Below are positions 9,451 to 18,840 of a stretch of DNA of 64,000 nt, piece after piece. Position 1 is the stretch's first letter. Each line of letters begins with the position of its first letter. The stretch lies in assembly GCA_965223325.1 (NCBI GenBank), contig CBDCWI010000002.1, positions 4,192,001 through 4,256,000 on the forward strand, written 5' to 3'. The position numbers and the translations under genes were made by a program. This stretch comes from Candidatus Multivoradales bacterium. Its GTDB lineage: Bacteria; Acidobacteriota; Thermoanaerobaculia; Multivoradales; Multivoraceae. Below the pieces are notes generated by a model. It was not told the DNA's origin, ran no database searches, and saw nothing but the letters and a program-made list of their open reading frames with translations.

Positions 9451-10935
9451 TCAGCCGCTTGGCTCTGCGCCCCCGGCCTTCTCGAGATCTGCCGCCCTCG
9501 GGCGCCTCGGTGCCATCGTGCGGGCGCGGTTGGCGAGTTCGGCCACCAGGTCTTCGATCTCGAGCCGGCGTTCGAGCAAGTAACCCTTGAGGTCGCGCTT
9601 CTTGCGAAACAGAAAGAAGGCACGGACATCGCGCTCGATCTCGCGCCGACGGTCCTTGAGCGCCAGAGCGATCAGCCCGGTCAAGGGCAGCAGGATCGCC
9701 AGCCCCAGTGCCGCCCAGCTTCCCCAGAAGGTATAGGCGAGGGCGATCTGAGCGCCCCAGAAGAGGCCGAAAAGCACGGTGCCAAGAGCGATCTTGGTGG
9801 TGTCGATCTGGTCGGGGCCGCCGGCAAAGCGCGGTGCGAGCGCTCCTGAAAGTCGCCAGGGTGGGTACGATAGGACGATTCCCACCAGCGCAACTGGCAG
9901 AAGAAGTGCCACCGCCGTCAGGTGACGGGCGATGAACCACATGATGCGCTTCGGCGAGTACTCACGACGCAGGTGGTAGTCGGTGATGCCATAGAGCCTG
10001 CGCAGCCGCGCGAACCAGGTGAGCTCGTGTTTGAGCTTGGCGATCTCCTCGGGTGAGGTCTCACGCAGCTCGCGATAGGTGCGCAAGAGGCGCTTGAAGG
10101 TGCGGAAGCGACTCGCCAGGGGAGTCTCGCGTGGGTGGCGGCCGCGCCGGAAGTGGAAGAAGCGCTCGAGCTCCCGGACCAGTCCGATGTCTTCCCAGGT
10201 ATCAGCGTTGAGGGTGAGATCGCGAATCGCCGCTTCGATGCGCGCGGTGAGTTCGCGCACCGGACCCGGAGGCGGAGAAGCGGCGGCTCGGACCTTGTCA
10301 AAACCGTCACCGTCGCTCTCTGACGCAGCTGCGATGGCGTCGTCGGCGATGTCACTCCACGAGACCGGCGGCCCGATCTGGAGCAGCACCCGACTGCGAA
10401 AGCGGCCACGCTCAACGAACGTCATGCCAACCGGGACGATCGCTGCCAGGTCACCGTCACCGAAGTGGTGTCCGAGGGCGATTCGCGCCGCGCCGGTCTT
10501 GACCTCCTGAAGTTCGGGCTCGGAGTGCGAGATGCCCTCCGGGAAGATGAGGAGGGCGTGCCCCTCTTCGAGGAGCTCGAAACAACGATCGAAGGAACCG
10601 CGGTTCTGGGCGGTGTCCGTACCGGGGTCGTGAGCTCGGTACACTGGAACCGCTTGCAGGAAACGCAGCAGATGGCGGAGTAGTGGCTTCTCGAACAGGC
10701 CGCTACGCGCCAGCGGATGGAGGATACGACTCGATGCGTACTGCACCAGCACGACATCGGCGAGCGAGTTGTAGTGGTTCGAGCACACGAGCGCGGCGCC
10801 GGTCGCGGGGAGGTTCTCCTCGCCTACGATTTCGACCTGGCGGTAGAAGGCGCGCACCGCGACCCGGCAGTAGAGGCGCCACAGGCGCACCAGGACCCCA
10901 GATTCGGAGGCTGGTGATCGGCTGTCGGTTGGCAT
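9451..10935 (-). CDS. Lysophospholipid/glycerol-phosphate acyltransferase (PlsC family) with C-terminal TM helices
   Basis: NHYNSLAD (NHx4D), IFPEG, hydrophobic C-terminal segments. Confidence 0.85.
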   Translation of the reverse strand: MPTDSRSPASESGVLVRLWRLYCRVAVRAFYRQVEIVGEENLPATGAALVCSNHYNSLADVVLVQYASSRILHPLARSGLFEKPLLRHLLRFLQAVPVYRAHDPGTDTAQNRGSFDRCFELLEEGHALLIFPEGISHSEPELQEVKTGAARIALGHHFGDGDLAAIVPVGMTFVERGRFRSRVLLQIGPPVSWSDIADDAIAAASESDGDGFDKVRAAASPPPGPVRELTARIEAAIRDLTLNADTWEDIGLVRELERFFHFRRGRHPRETPLASRFRTFKRLLRTYRELRETSPEEIAKLKHELTWFARLRRLYGITDYHLRREYSPKRIMWFIARHLTAVALLLPVALVGIVLSYPPWRLSGALAPRFAGGPDQIDTTKIALGTVLFGLFWGAQIALAYTFWGSWAALGLAILLPLTGLIALALKDRRREIERDVRAFFLFRKKRDLKGYLLERRLEIEDLVAELANRARTMAPRRPRAADLEKAGGAEPSG

Positions 10936-10950
10936 CTCGTTCAGTCGGCG

Positions 10951-11934
10951 CTAAGACCGCCTCCGCCCCAGGGCCAGTGCGAAGAGGTCCTGGTCGTCGG
11001 ACCACCATCCCGCGCTCTCGAAACCGGCAGCATCGAGGAGGGCAAGCGTGCCTTCTTGATCGTACTTGCAGCTGATCTCAGTGAGAAGCGCCTCACCCTC
11101 TGCGAGGTAAAGAACCGTCTCGGCGACTGGCAGGTGAACGGTTTGCACGCGTTCTGACAACAGCCACATTTCAATCCGCTCGGCCCCTGCGTTCCAGACC
11201 GCCTTGTGGCGGTAGAGGTCAGGCTCGAAATTGGTGCCGAAGAGCTGGTTGGTGACCCGCAGGATGTTGCGGTTGAACTCGGCCGTTACGCCTCGCTGGT
11301 CGTCATAGGCACGCAACAAGACGGCGGGGTCTTTGACCAGATCGACTCCGAGGAGAAAGTAGTCCCCTGGATCCATGCCGTCTGCCAGGCGTTCGAGAAA
11401 CCTGAGCGCTTCCGTTCTGCGTTCGAGGTTGCCGATGGTGCCACCGAGAAACACGACGAGTCGCCGTCCGCCCTCTGGGATGGCTCCCAGGTGGTGAAGG
11501 AAATCACCCACGACTCCATGAACGTGCAAGCCGGGGTAGCGAGCGGTGAGTTCCCTGGCTGTGCGTTCGAGGATTCCCGCGCTGACATCGAACGGTACGT
11601 AGAGCCGTAGCGTCATTGCCCGGGCCATCGCGTCGAGCAGAACGCGCGTCTTGTTTGCGGCACCGGAACCGAGCTCGACGAGCTCCTCGGCCTCTGTGTG
11701 TTCGATGAGCTCGCTGGCGACACGTGCCAGCAGACTGCGCTCGGTACGTGTCTGGTAGTACTCGTCTAGGGTGGTGATCTCTTCAAAGAGACGCGAGCCG
11801 TGGTCGTCGTAGAAGTACTTCGCTGAAAGACGTCGCGGTGAACTACAAAGCCCGCGCCGAAGCGACTCGAGCTCTTCTTCAGGGTCTATTTCAGCCAGCC
11901 GTCGATCGATCTGGATGTTGGCCGTGGGAACCAT
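10951..11934 (-). CDS. egtD: L-histidine N-alpha-methyltransferase
   Basis: KYFYDDHGSRLFEEIT..EYY, ELGSG, FLGGTIGN, AYDDQRGVTAEFN, TEISCKY. Confidence 0.9.
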   Translation of the reverse strand: MVPTANIQIDRRLAEIDPEEELESLRRGLCSSPRRLSAKYFYDDHGSRLFEEITTLDEYYQTRTERSLLARVASELIEHTEAEELVELGSGAANKTRVLLDAMARAMTLRLYVPFDVSAGILERTARELTARYPGLHVHGVVGDFLHHLGAIPEGGRRLVVFLGGTIGNLERRTEALRFLERLADGMDPGDYFLLGVDLVKDPAVLLRAYDDQRGVTAEFNRNILRVTNQLFGTNFEPDLYRHKAVWNAGAERIEMWLLSERVQTVHLPVAETVLYLAEGEALLTEISCKYDQEGTLALLDAAGFESAGWWSDDQDLFALALGRRRS

Positions 11935-12105
11935 TGCCGGGCAGACTATCTGGCCAACAGAGCTTCGCGGGACCTGTTTCGCGGGCTGCTAGCATCGGCC
12001 TTCTTCCCATTCAGTTTGTTCGCAGTGCACCGAATCATCGTAGGCGGTGCGCCGCCGCGGAGCGACAGCCATGGCCAGAGTCTCGTTTGTGACCGGAGTT
12101 TCTTC

Positions 12106-13566
12106 GTGAGCGCCTCTACTGCCCAGTTCTCGAGCCGCTGGGGATTGATGGTCGCGATGCTCGGCATGGCAGTTGGGACCGGCAACATCTGGCGTTTTCC
12201 ACGCATCGCGGCGTCGAACGGTGGGGGAGAGTTCCTGGTCGCCTGGGTCGTTTTCCTGCTGCTGTGGTCGGTGCCGCTCATTCTGGTCGAGTTCGCGCTC
12301 GGCAAGCGCTACCGTCGCAGCTGTGTAGGGACCTTTGCCGAGGTACTTGGCCCGCGCTTCGCGTGGATGGGTGCCTGGATCGCGCTCATCGCGGCGGCGA
12401 TCGGCTTCTACTACGCGGTCGTCATGGGCTGGACCCTGCGCTATCTGTTCGCCGCCGTCACGGGGACGCTCGCCGGCAACTCGGAGCAGCTGTGGCAGGA
12501 GTTCTCGTTCACTCCGGCGTCGGTTGGGTTTCAGTTTCTCGCGGTAGGCCTCGCCGTTCTGGTCGTGGCGGGCGGGGTGCGCGGGATCGAGCGTGCTACC
12601 AGCATCTTGATGCCGGGACTCATTGTGCTGGTGATCGTGCTGGCGATTCGAGCCGTCACCCTGCCAGGAGCCGAGCTGGGACTCAACTTCCTGTTCACGC
12701 CCGACTGGGGTGAGCTCCTCAACTACAAGATCTGGCTCGAAGCGCTCACTCAGAACGCCTGGGACACCGGCGCTGGCTGGGGACTGGTCACTGCCTACGC
12801 GGTTTACTCGCGTTCTCGGGAAGACACCAACCTCAACGGTTTCCTGCTCGCGTTCGGCAACAACTCGATTTCACTACTTGCCGGCATCATGGTGTTCTGC
12901 ACCGTGTTCTCAGTGCAACCCAACGCCGAGACACTTCTCACCTCACAGAGCAACGAGGGCTTGACCTTCATCTGGATTCCGCGCCTGCTAGAGCAGATCC
13001 CCGGCGGCGCCGGGTTCATGGTCCTGTTCTTTCTGGCGCTCGTCTTTGCCGCCTGGACGAGCATGGTGGCGATGATCGAACTGATGTTGCGGGCTCTCGA
13101 AGAGGTTGGCGTGGGACGGCGCAAGGCGCTCATGTTTCTGGCCCCGATGGTATTCCTGTTGGGCGTACCGTCGGCTCTTCATCAAGCGATCTTTTCCAAC
13201 CAGGATGCGGTGTGGAGTATCGCGCTGATGCTCTCGGGGTTCTTCTTCTCGGTTCTGGTGTTCAAGATCGGTCCGCACCGCTTTCGCCAGGAGTACTTGA
13301 ACGTCGCTGATCAGGACATGAAGATCGGCGTGTGGTGGGAGTGGGTGATCCGCCTGGTTCCGGTTCAAGCGCTCATTCTCTTTGCCTGGTTCCTGTGGCA
13401 GGCGCGCGGTGAGATGTCGACCTTCTTCGACATGGTTGGGCCCAGTGGCTGGCCGGGGATTGGCAACATGCTTCTGCAGTGGGGCGTCGTTGCGTTGGTG
13501 TTCTTCTTCGCCAACGGCTTCATTGTGCGCGGGCTCGAGCGCTACGGTCAGAAGGCTGGCGACTGA
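12106..13566 (+). CDS. Sodium-dependent transporter (NSS/SNF family)
   Basis: FSSRWG..AVGTGNIWRFP signature, about 12 TM segments; GTG start inferred. Confidence 0.92.
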   Translation: MSASTAQFSSRWGLMVAMLGMAVGTGNIWRFPRIAASNGGGEFLVAWVVFLLLWSVPLILVEFALGKRYRRSCVGTFAEVLGPRFAWMGAWIALIAAAIGFYYAVVMGWTLRYLFAAVTGTLAGNSEQLWQEFSFTPASVGFQFLAVGLAVLVVAGGVRGIERATSILMPGLIVLVIVLAIRAVTLPGAELGLNFLFTPDWGELLNYKIWLEALTQNAWDTGAGWGLVTAYAVYSRSREDTNLNGFLLAFGNNSISLLAGIMVFCTVFSVQPNAETLLTSQSNEGLTFIWIPRLLEQIPGGAGFMVLFFLALVFAAWTSMVAMIELMLRALEEVGVGRRKALMFLAPMVFLLGVPSALHQAIFSNQDAVWSIALMLSGFFFSVLVFKIGPHRFRQEYLNVADQDMKIGVWWEWVIRLVPVQALILFAWFLWQARGEMSTFFDMVGPSGWPGIGNMLLQWGVVALVFFFANGFIVRGLERYGQKAGD

Positions 13567-13583
13567 CCGGCCGGAACGCGAAC

Positions 13584-14078
13584 GTGTCGGCAGTCGAGAT
13601 TCTGCACGGTTATCACCCGGGAGCCGTGGGGCGTGCCATCGAGTTGCATGGCACCTGGTACAGCAAACACTGGCAGTTCGACGAGACGTTTGAGATCGGG
13701 ATCGCGCGCGGCATCGGAGAGTTCATGGCGCGTTACGACCCTCTACGCGATCGCTTCTGGGCGCCGCGCAAGCGAGGGCGTTTTGAGGGTACTCTCGCCA
13801 TCGATGGGATCGACGCGCGGACCGCCGGTGCGCGCCTGCGCTGGGTGCTCCTTTCTGAAGAAGTCCAGGGCGCCGGCATTGGTCGTCAGATGATGGATCT
13901 AGCGATGCAGTGGAGCCGCGACTGTGGCTACAGCCGGGTTTACCTGCATACGGTCGATGGGCTTCGTGCGGCGCGGCGGCTGTATGACGACGCCGGGTTC
14001 GAGCTCGAGATCGAAGAGCCGCGTGTGATGTGGGGGCGCGAGGTGATCTTCCAGCAGATGGCAGTCGCGCTCGAGTGA
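13584..14078 (+). CDS. GNAT family N-acetyltransferase
   Basis: QGAGIGR acetyl-CoA motif, AARRLY..AGF. Confidence 0.85.
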   Translation: MSAVEILHGYHPGAVGRAIELHGTWYSKHWQFDETFEIGIARGIGEFMARYDPLRDRFWAPRKRGRFEGTLAIDGIDARTAGARLRWVLLSEEVQGAGIGRQMMDLAMQWSRDCGYSRVYLHTVDGLRAARRLYDDAGFELEIEEPRVMWGREVIFQQMAVALE

Positions 14079-14126
14079 GCGCGGTTGTCACATGGAGAAT
14101 CACTAGCGCCTGGACCCACCGGCGCT

Positions 14127-14630
14127 CTACTCTTGGAGCTCGGGCTGCCCGCGACCTTCCGGCAGGTGAGCGCGTTTGTAGACCAGAATGGTGCGCCTGA
14201 ACGTGATCACGGGTTTCCCGTCCTGGTTGAGGCCGGTGGTCTTGAACTTGACGATGCCCTGGTGCGGGCGCGACTTCGATTCGCGCGTTTCGAGAATCTC
14301 TGAGCGCGCGTAGAGTGTGTCGCCGTCGAAGACCGGGTTGGGGAGTCGCACTTCGTCCCAGCCCAGGTTGATCGCATTTCGTGACATATCGCCCACCGAG
14401 AGCGCGGTGACCAGAGAGATCGTAAAGCAGCTGTTGACCAGCGGCTTTCCCCACTCGGTGTCGCGGGCGTACTCGAAGTCGAAGTGGATCGGGTTGGGGT
14501 TCATCGTCATCATCGTCACCCACAGGTTGTCCTGATGGGTGACGGTGCGCGAGTCGGGGTGTTCATAGACCTGGCCGACTTCGAAGTCTTCGAAGACGTG
14601 CCCTTTCCAACCTCTGATGACCTGGCTCAT
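14127..14630 (-). CDS. MaoC-family dehydratase (hotdog fold)
   Basis: FEDFEVG, MNPNPIHFD, NLGWDEVR..PVFDGDTL, RESKSRP. Confidence 0.9.
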   Translation of the reverse strand: MSQVIRGWKGHVFEDFEVGQVYEHPDSRTVTHQDNLWVTMMTMNPNPIHFDFEYARDTEWGKPLVNSCFTISLVTALSVGDMSRNAINLGWDEVRLPNPVFDGDTLYARSEILETRESKSRPHQGIVKFKTTGLNQDGKPVITFRRTILVYKRAHLPEGRGQPELQE

Positions 14631-15781
14631 GTGACGATCGCTCCTTCTTTTTCGAGTGCTGCGATCTCATCGGTCGCGAAGCCGGCTTCCTCGAGAATCG
14701 CTCGACTGTCTTGCCCCATGCGTGCAGGCTCGGCTGCCCGTATCGAGCCCGGAGTGCGCGACAAGCGCGGCGCCGGGGCGACGTGGAGGGCGCCATCGGG
14801 GCCGGTGAGAAAGGCGTCGCGCGCTTTGGCATGTGGATGTTCCGGAGCCTCGTCGAGCTCGAGGACCGGCGCGACGCAAGCGTCGAAGCCGCCCTGGTCC
14901 GGATCGAAGACCAGCGTCCAGGCATCGCGTGTTTTCTCGGCAAAGCGGGCGGCGAAAGCCTCGATTTGTAGCGGCCAACTCGCGGTGTCGTGCTGTTTGT
15001 CCTTGAGCTCTGAAAGCCCCGTTCCTTCACACAGCGCGGCGAAAAACTGTGGCTCCATCGCTCCCACCGACACGTAGCCTCCGCAGCTGGCGCGGTAGCA
15101 GCGATAGAAGGGCGACCCGCCGCCGAGCACGCCGACGCCGGGTTCAGAGCGCAGCCCGCTGTTGGCGAAGTGGGTCGCCATCAGCGAGGCAGCACCGTCG
15201 ATCATCGCCGCGTCGATGTACTGCCCTTGGCCGGAACTCTGACGCTCCAACAACGCACACACGATGCCGAAGGCAGCCAGGAGCCCGCCGCCGCCGAAGT
15301 CGGCGACCAGATTGAGAGGCGGCACTGGTGGGTTTATTCCGTCGCCGATCTGGCCGAGCACACCGGCCAGAGCGATGTAATTGATGTCGTGGCCGGCATG
15401 TTGTGCCATTGGGCCCTGCTGCCCAAAGCCGGTCAAGGAGCAGTAGACGATCCGCGGGTTGACTCCGGAGATGGTCTGGTAGTCGCAGCCCAGACGTTTG
15501 GTGACTCCCGGTCGATTGCCTTCGAGAAACACATCGGCATCTTCGACCAGGCGATAGAGCACGCGGCGCCCTCCATCCTTCTTGAGGTCGAGTGCAATGG
15601 CGCGCTTGTTGCGTGAAACCATGTCGCCCCGGCGCACCTCACCGCGCGGATGATCGACGCGAATCACGTCGGCCCCCATGTCACCCAGCATCATCGAGCC
15701 GTACGGTCCAGGCGCCAGTCGCGACAGGTCGACGACCCGCACGCCAGCCAGAGGTCCATTGTTTTCGGAGCGGCTTGGCAT
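14627..15781 (-). CDS. CaiB/BaiF CoA-transferase (alpha-methylacyl-CoA racemase-like)
   Basis: PLAGVRVVDL, LAPGPY, GHDINY, NLVADFGGG; 4-bp overlap with the MaoC gene. Confidence 0.9.
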   Translation of the reverse strand: MPSRSENNGPLAGVRVVDLSRLAPGPYGSMMLGDMGADVIRVDHPRGEVRRGDMVSRNKRAIALDLKKDGGRRVLYRLVEDADVFLEGNRPGVTKRLGCDYQTISGVNPRIVYCSLTGFGQQGPMAQHAGHDINYIALAGVLGQIGDGINPPVPPLNLVADFGGGGLLAAFGIVCALLERQSSGQGQYIDAAMIDGAASLMATHFANSGLRSEPGVGVLGGGSPFYRCYRASCGGYVSVGAMEPQFFAALCEGTGLSELKDKQHDTASWPLQIEAFAARFAEKTRDAWTLVFDPDQGGFDACVAPVLELDEAPEHPHAKARDAFLTGPDGALHVAPAPRLSRTPGSIRAAEPARMGQDSRAILEEAGFATDEIAALEKEGAIVT

Positions 15782-15798
15782 GACGGTGGCACCCCCGC

Positions 15799-16902
15799 TC
15801 AGACCAGCTCGGCGAGCTGGGCGCGGTCGTAGGGTCTTGCTTCGAGAGCCTTTCCTTCACGCACCAGTTGTGGCCAATCAGGGTTGGCGATCAATGCTCG
15901 ACCAACCGCGGCCAGATCGAACTCCCCACGCTCCAGGCGCTCGAGCAAGTCGTCGATTGTGACTGCGTTCGAAGCCTCGTCGCTGGCGTAGGTGGCGATG
16001 AACTCCTGGTCGAGCCCGATCGACCCGACCGTGATGGTGGGTTTACCGGACAGCTTCTTGGTCCAACCTGCGAGGTTGAGTAGAGAGCCTTCGAACTCGG
16101 GCTCCCAGTAGCGTCGTTGTGAGCAGTGGAAGCAGTCGACGCCGGCTTCGGTCAGGGGTGCGAGAAAGTGCTCGAGTTCTTCTGGTGTGTTGGCGAGCTT
16201 GGCCGCAAAGTCCTGCTGTTTCCACTGGCTGTACCGCAGAACGATGGGGTATTCCGGTCCAACCGCAGAGCGGACGGCGGCGATGACCTCGGCAGCGAAT
16301 CGGGTGCGCGCTACCCGGTCGCCCCCGTAGCGATCGCTGCGCTGGTTGGTGACGTCCCAGAAAAACTGGTCGATGAGATAGCCATGAGCACCATGAATCT
16401 CGATCCCGTCGAAGCCGACGCTCACAGCGTTGGCGGCGGCCTCGCCGTAGTCGGCAACCGTATCCGCGATCTCTTCTTCGGTCATCGCGCGCCCGCGTTT
16501 CTTTCCAGCAAGCAGAATGCCCGACGGGCTCAACGTCTCGCGTTCTGGTGCCCCGGTGTCTTCTGCTTTGCGGAGCACGCCGACGTGCCAGAGCTGCGGA
16601 AAGATAAGACCACCCGCGTCGTGGACTTCGTCTACGACCTTCTTCCAGCCCGCAAGTGACGCCTGACCGGTCATCTTCGGGACCTTGTGATCGGAGGTCG
16701 ACGCCTGATCCCGGAGGGTCGTGCCCTCGGTGATGATGAGGCCAACCCCGCCCTCAGCGCGCTTCCGGTAGTAGGTCGCGACGTTCTGGGTGGGAACCTG
16801 TTCGGGGCTGAACGAACGCGTCATCGGTGCCATGACGATGCGGTTCGGGATGGAGAGGTTGCGAAGGTGAAACGGAGCGAACAAGGGCTCGAGATTGCTC
16901 AT
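15799..16902 (-). CDS. NADH:flavin oxidoreductase (old yellow enzyme family)
   Basis: NRIVMAPMTR, QLWHVG, EIHGAHGYLIDQF, VGRALIANP. Confidence 0.93.
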   Translation of the reverse strand: MSNLEPLFAPFHLRNLSIPNRIVMAPMTRSFSPEQVPTQNVATYYRKRAEGGVGLIITEGTTLRDQASTSDHKVPKMTGQASLAGWKKVVDEVHDAGGLIFPQLWHVGVLRKAEDTGAPERETLSPSGILLAGKKRGRAMTEEEIADTVADYGEAAANAVSVGFDGIEIHGAHGYLIDQFFWDVTNQRSDRYGGDRVARTRFAAEVIAAVRSAVGPEYPIVLRYSQWKQQDFAAKLANTPEELEHFLAPLTEAGVDCFHCSQRRYWEPEFEGSLLNLAGWTKKLSGKPTITVGSIGLDQEFIATYASDEASNAVTIDDLLERLERGEFDLAAVGRALIANPDWPQLVREGKALEARPYDRAQLAELV

Positions 16903-16949
16903 TCGCGCAGTGTCTCACGAACCCCGCAACCGTGGGCGTCCGCGCCGAA

Positions 16950-18113
16950 CTAGAAGATGTTGCTTTCGGGCTTGTTCTGGCCAGTGGGGCGGGAGAAGCG
17001 ATTGTGTCGAAAGGCGTCGGTAGAGAGGCTCCTGGCTTCGCCGAGGTCGACGATTTCGGCGACCAGCAGGCCGGTGGTAGGAGAGTGCATCAAGCCGTGA
17101 CCCGAGAAGCCGGCCGCGTCGACCCAATTCGGCGCCTCAGGATGCCGCCCGATGATGGCGTTGTGATCCGGCGTCATTTCGTAGTAGCCCCACCAGCTGC
17201 CGCGAAAGTCGATGCCAACGTCTTCGAGCCATGGGAAGCGCTGACAGCCGACAGTGAGAACGGTTTCGAGCCAGCTCCAATCGATGCCTCCTCCGAACCC
17301 TGTTGGCTCGTCCTCCGGAGTCAGGCCGAGAATCAGTCGCTCGCCTTCTGAGCGCAGCCAGAACCCGCTGCCGGTGTCGATGGACATCGGGTGGCGGCCG
17401 TTTCCTTCTAGGGACTCGGTCAGAAAAACCATGCAGCAGAGAGGCTCGATCGGGACTTCGAGACCGGCGAGTGCCGCCACTTCTCCCGCCCAGGCGCCCG
17501 TGGCATTGACGATGACGGGAGCCTCGATGAGTTCCTCAGGTGTTTGAACCAGCCAGCCATCGCCAGCGGGCTCGATGGTGCGCGCAGGGCTGTTGAAATG
17601 GAACCTTGCGCCGAGTTCGCGTGCTAGACGAAACCAGGCCGAAGTGAGCCAGTGCGGGTCGACGACTCCGTCACGTGGTCCGTAGGTTGCGCCGGCGAGT
17701 CCGGCCGGCTCGAACGGTGTGTGCTCCTGCGCTTCGTCGAGCGACAGCACCTGGACCGATGCACCGAGGCGTTGTTGCAAGGAAACGGTTGCAAGATGGC
17801 TTTCCCAGTCTGGTTCCGGCACCAGCAAGAGATAGCCGATCTGGCGGTAGCCAACGTCGCCGGCAAGACTCGAGAGCTCGTCGATCAAGTCGAGCGCTCG
17901 AAGCGACATCTGGATGTTGGCTTCGCTGCTGTACTGCAAGCGTACGCCGGCCGCGCTGCGACCGGTCGATCCGGTGGCAATCGTCTCGGCTTTCTCGAGC
18001 ACCAGGACGTCGAGCCCACGTTTCGCGAGTTGCCAGGCCGATGAGCATCCCACTGCTCCTGCCCCCAGGACGAGTACGTCGCATGAGGTGCGAGCGCGAT
18101 CCTTCGAGGTCAA
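16950..18113 (-). CDS. FAD-dependent oxidoreductase (DAO/sarcosine oxidase beta family)
   Basis: GAGAVG, GSTGRSAAG, TPDHNAIIG, GFSGHG; TTG start inferred, upstream part of the 614-aa ORF is spurious. Confidence 0.88.
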   Translation of the reverse strand: MTSKDRARTSCDVLVLGAGAVGCSSAWQLAKRGLDVLVLEKAETIATGSTGRSAAGVRLQYSSEANIQMSLRALDLIDELSSLAGDVGYRQIGYLLLVPEPDWESHLATVSLQQRLGASVQVLSLDEAQEHTPFEPAGLAGATYGPRDGVVDPHWLTSAWFRLARELGARFHFNSPARTIEPAGDGWLVQTPEELIEAPVIVNATGAWAGEVAALAGLEVPIEPLCCMVFLTESLEGNGRHPMSIDTGSGFWLRSEGERLILGLTPEDEPTGFGGGIDWSWLETVLTVGCQRFPWLEDVGIDFRGSWWGYYEMTPDHNAIIGRHPEAPNWVDAAGFSGHGLMHSPTTGLLVAEIVDLGEARSLSTDAFRHNRFSRPTGQNKPESNIF

Positions 18114-18130
18114 TGTCAGCGTTTCGGCCG

Positions 18131-18478
18131 TCAGGCGACGGGGAGCAGAAGGCGCGCGGTGATCGCAAACGCGCCGAGCAACAGCAGGCACGCCAGGATC
18201 ACGAGAATCGTCCTGGTGGTGCCTTCGACTCCCGCACGCTCGAGATAGTTGGCGACGAAGCGCGCCAGGACTGGCAGCGATGCGGCCCACAGCACCATGA
18301 TCGCGAGAACGGCGAGCGTGCGACCGGAGCGACCCTGGTACCAGGCGGTTGCAAAGATGGCGGCCAGAAGAGCGATACGCATACCCCAACGCAAAGCGCT
18401 GGTCGGTCGCGCGGCTCCGCCGGCCCCCCATAGACTGCGGGGCGCCGGTTTCCGCTCCAGGCGGAAGTCTGCACACAT
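18131..18478 (-). CDS. Hypothetical membrane protein
   Basis: About three hydrophobic helices; co-oriented immediately upstream of the DAO gene. Confidence 0.6.
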   Translation of the reverse strand: MCADFRLERKPAPRSLWGAGGAARPTSALRWGMRIALLAAIFATAWYQGRSGRTLAVLAIMVLWAASLPVLARFVANYLERAGVEGTTRTILVILACLLLLGAFAITARLLLPVA

Positions 18479-18570
18479 GATCGATGTAGTGTAGCGCCCT
18501 CTGATGGTCAGAGGCCCCTTCGGCCGAGGCAAGGCACCTCGAGAGAGGCTTTGGAAGGAATCGAGAGCAC

Positions 18571-18831
18571 ATGAAGTTGGATGAAGCCGGCCAGGAGCGA
18601 CTGCTGACTGGTCGCGTCGTCTGGACCGCCGTCGTCGGCGACACCAGCGGTGAGCCACCCGAGGGCTGGGTCACCCGCTTCGAGGACCACCTTTGCGAGC
18701 TCCAGTCGATCGGAGGAAGCGGCGACGGTGGGCTGGTTCTGATGCTCTCCATCGACGGCGAACCGATGGGCGAACTGCATGAGTGGCCGCCCAACTGGCA
18801 AGTCGGTCAGGGCTCCGATGGCCTGGCGTAG
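18571..18831 (+). CDS. Hypothetical protein (86 aa)
   Basis: GGAAGG upstream, protein-like acidic composition, 9 bp before pcnB. Confidence 0.55.
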   Translation: MKLDEAGQERLLTGRVVWTAVVGDTSGEPPEGWVTRFEDHLCELQSIGGSGDGGLVLMLSIDGEPMGELHEWPPNWQVGQGSDGLA

Positions 18832-18840
18832 AATCCCGAC

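Noticed and set aside
18114-18794. Long N-terminal extension of the DAO ORF
   Set aside because: Low-complexity read-through frame overlapping two more plausible small genes; the FAD motif begins just after 18113.
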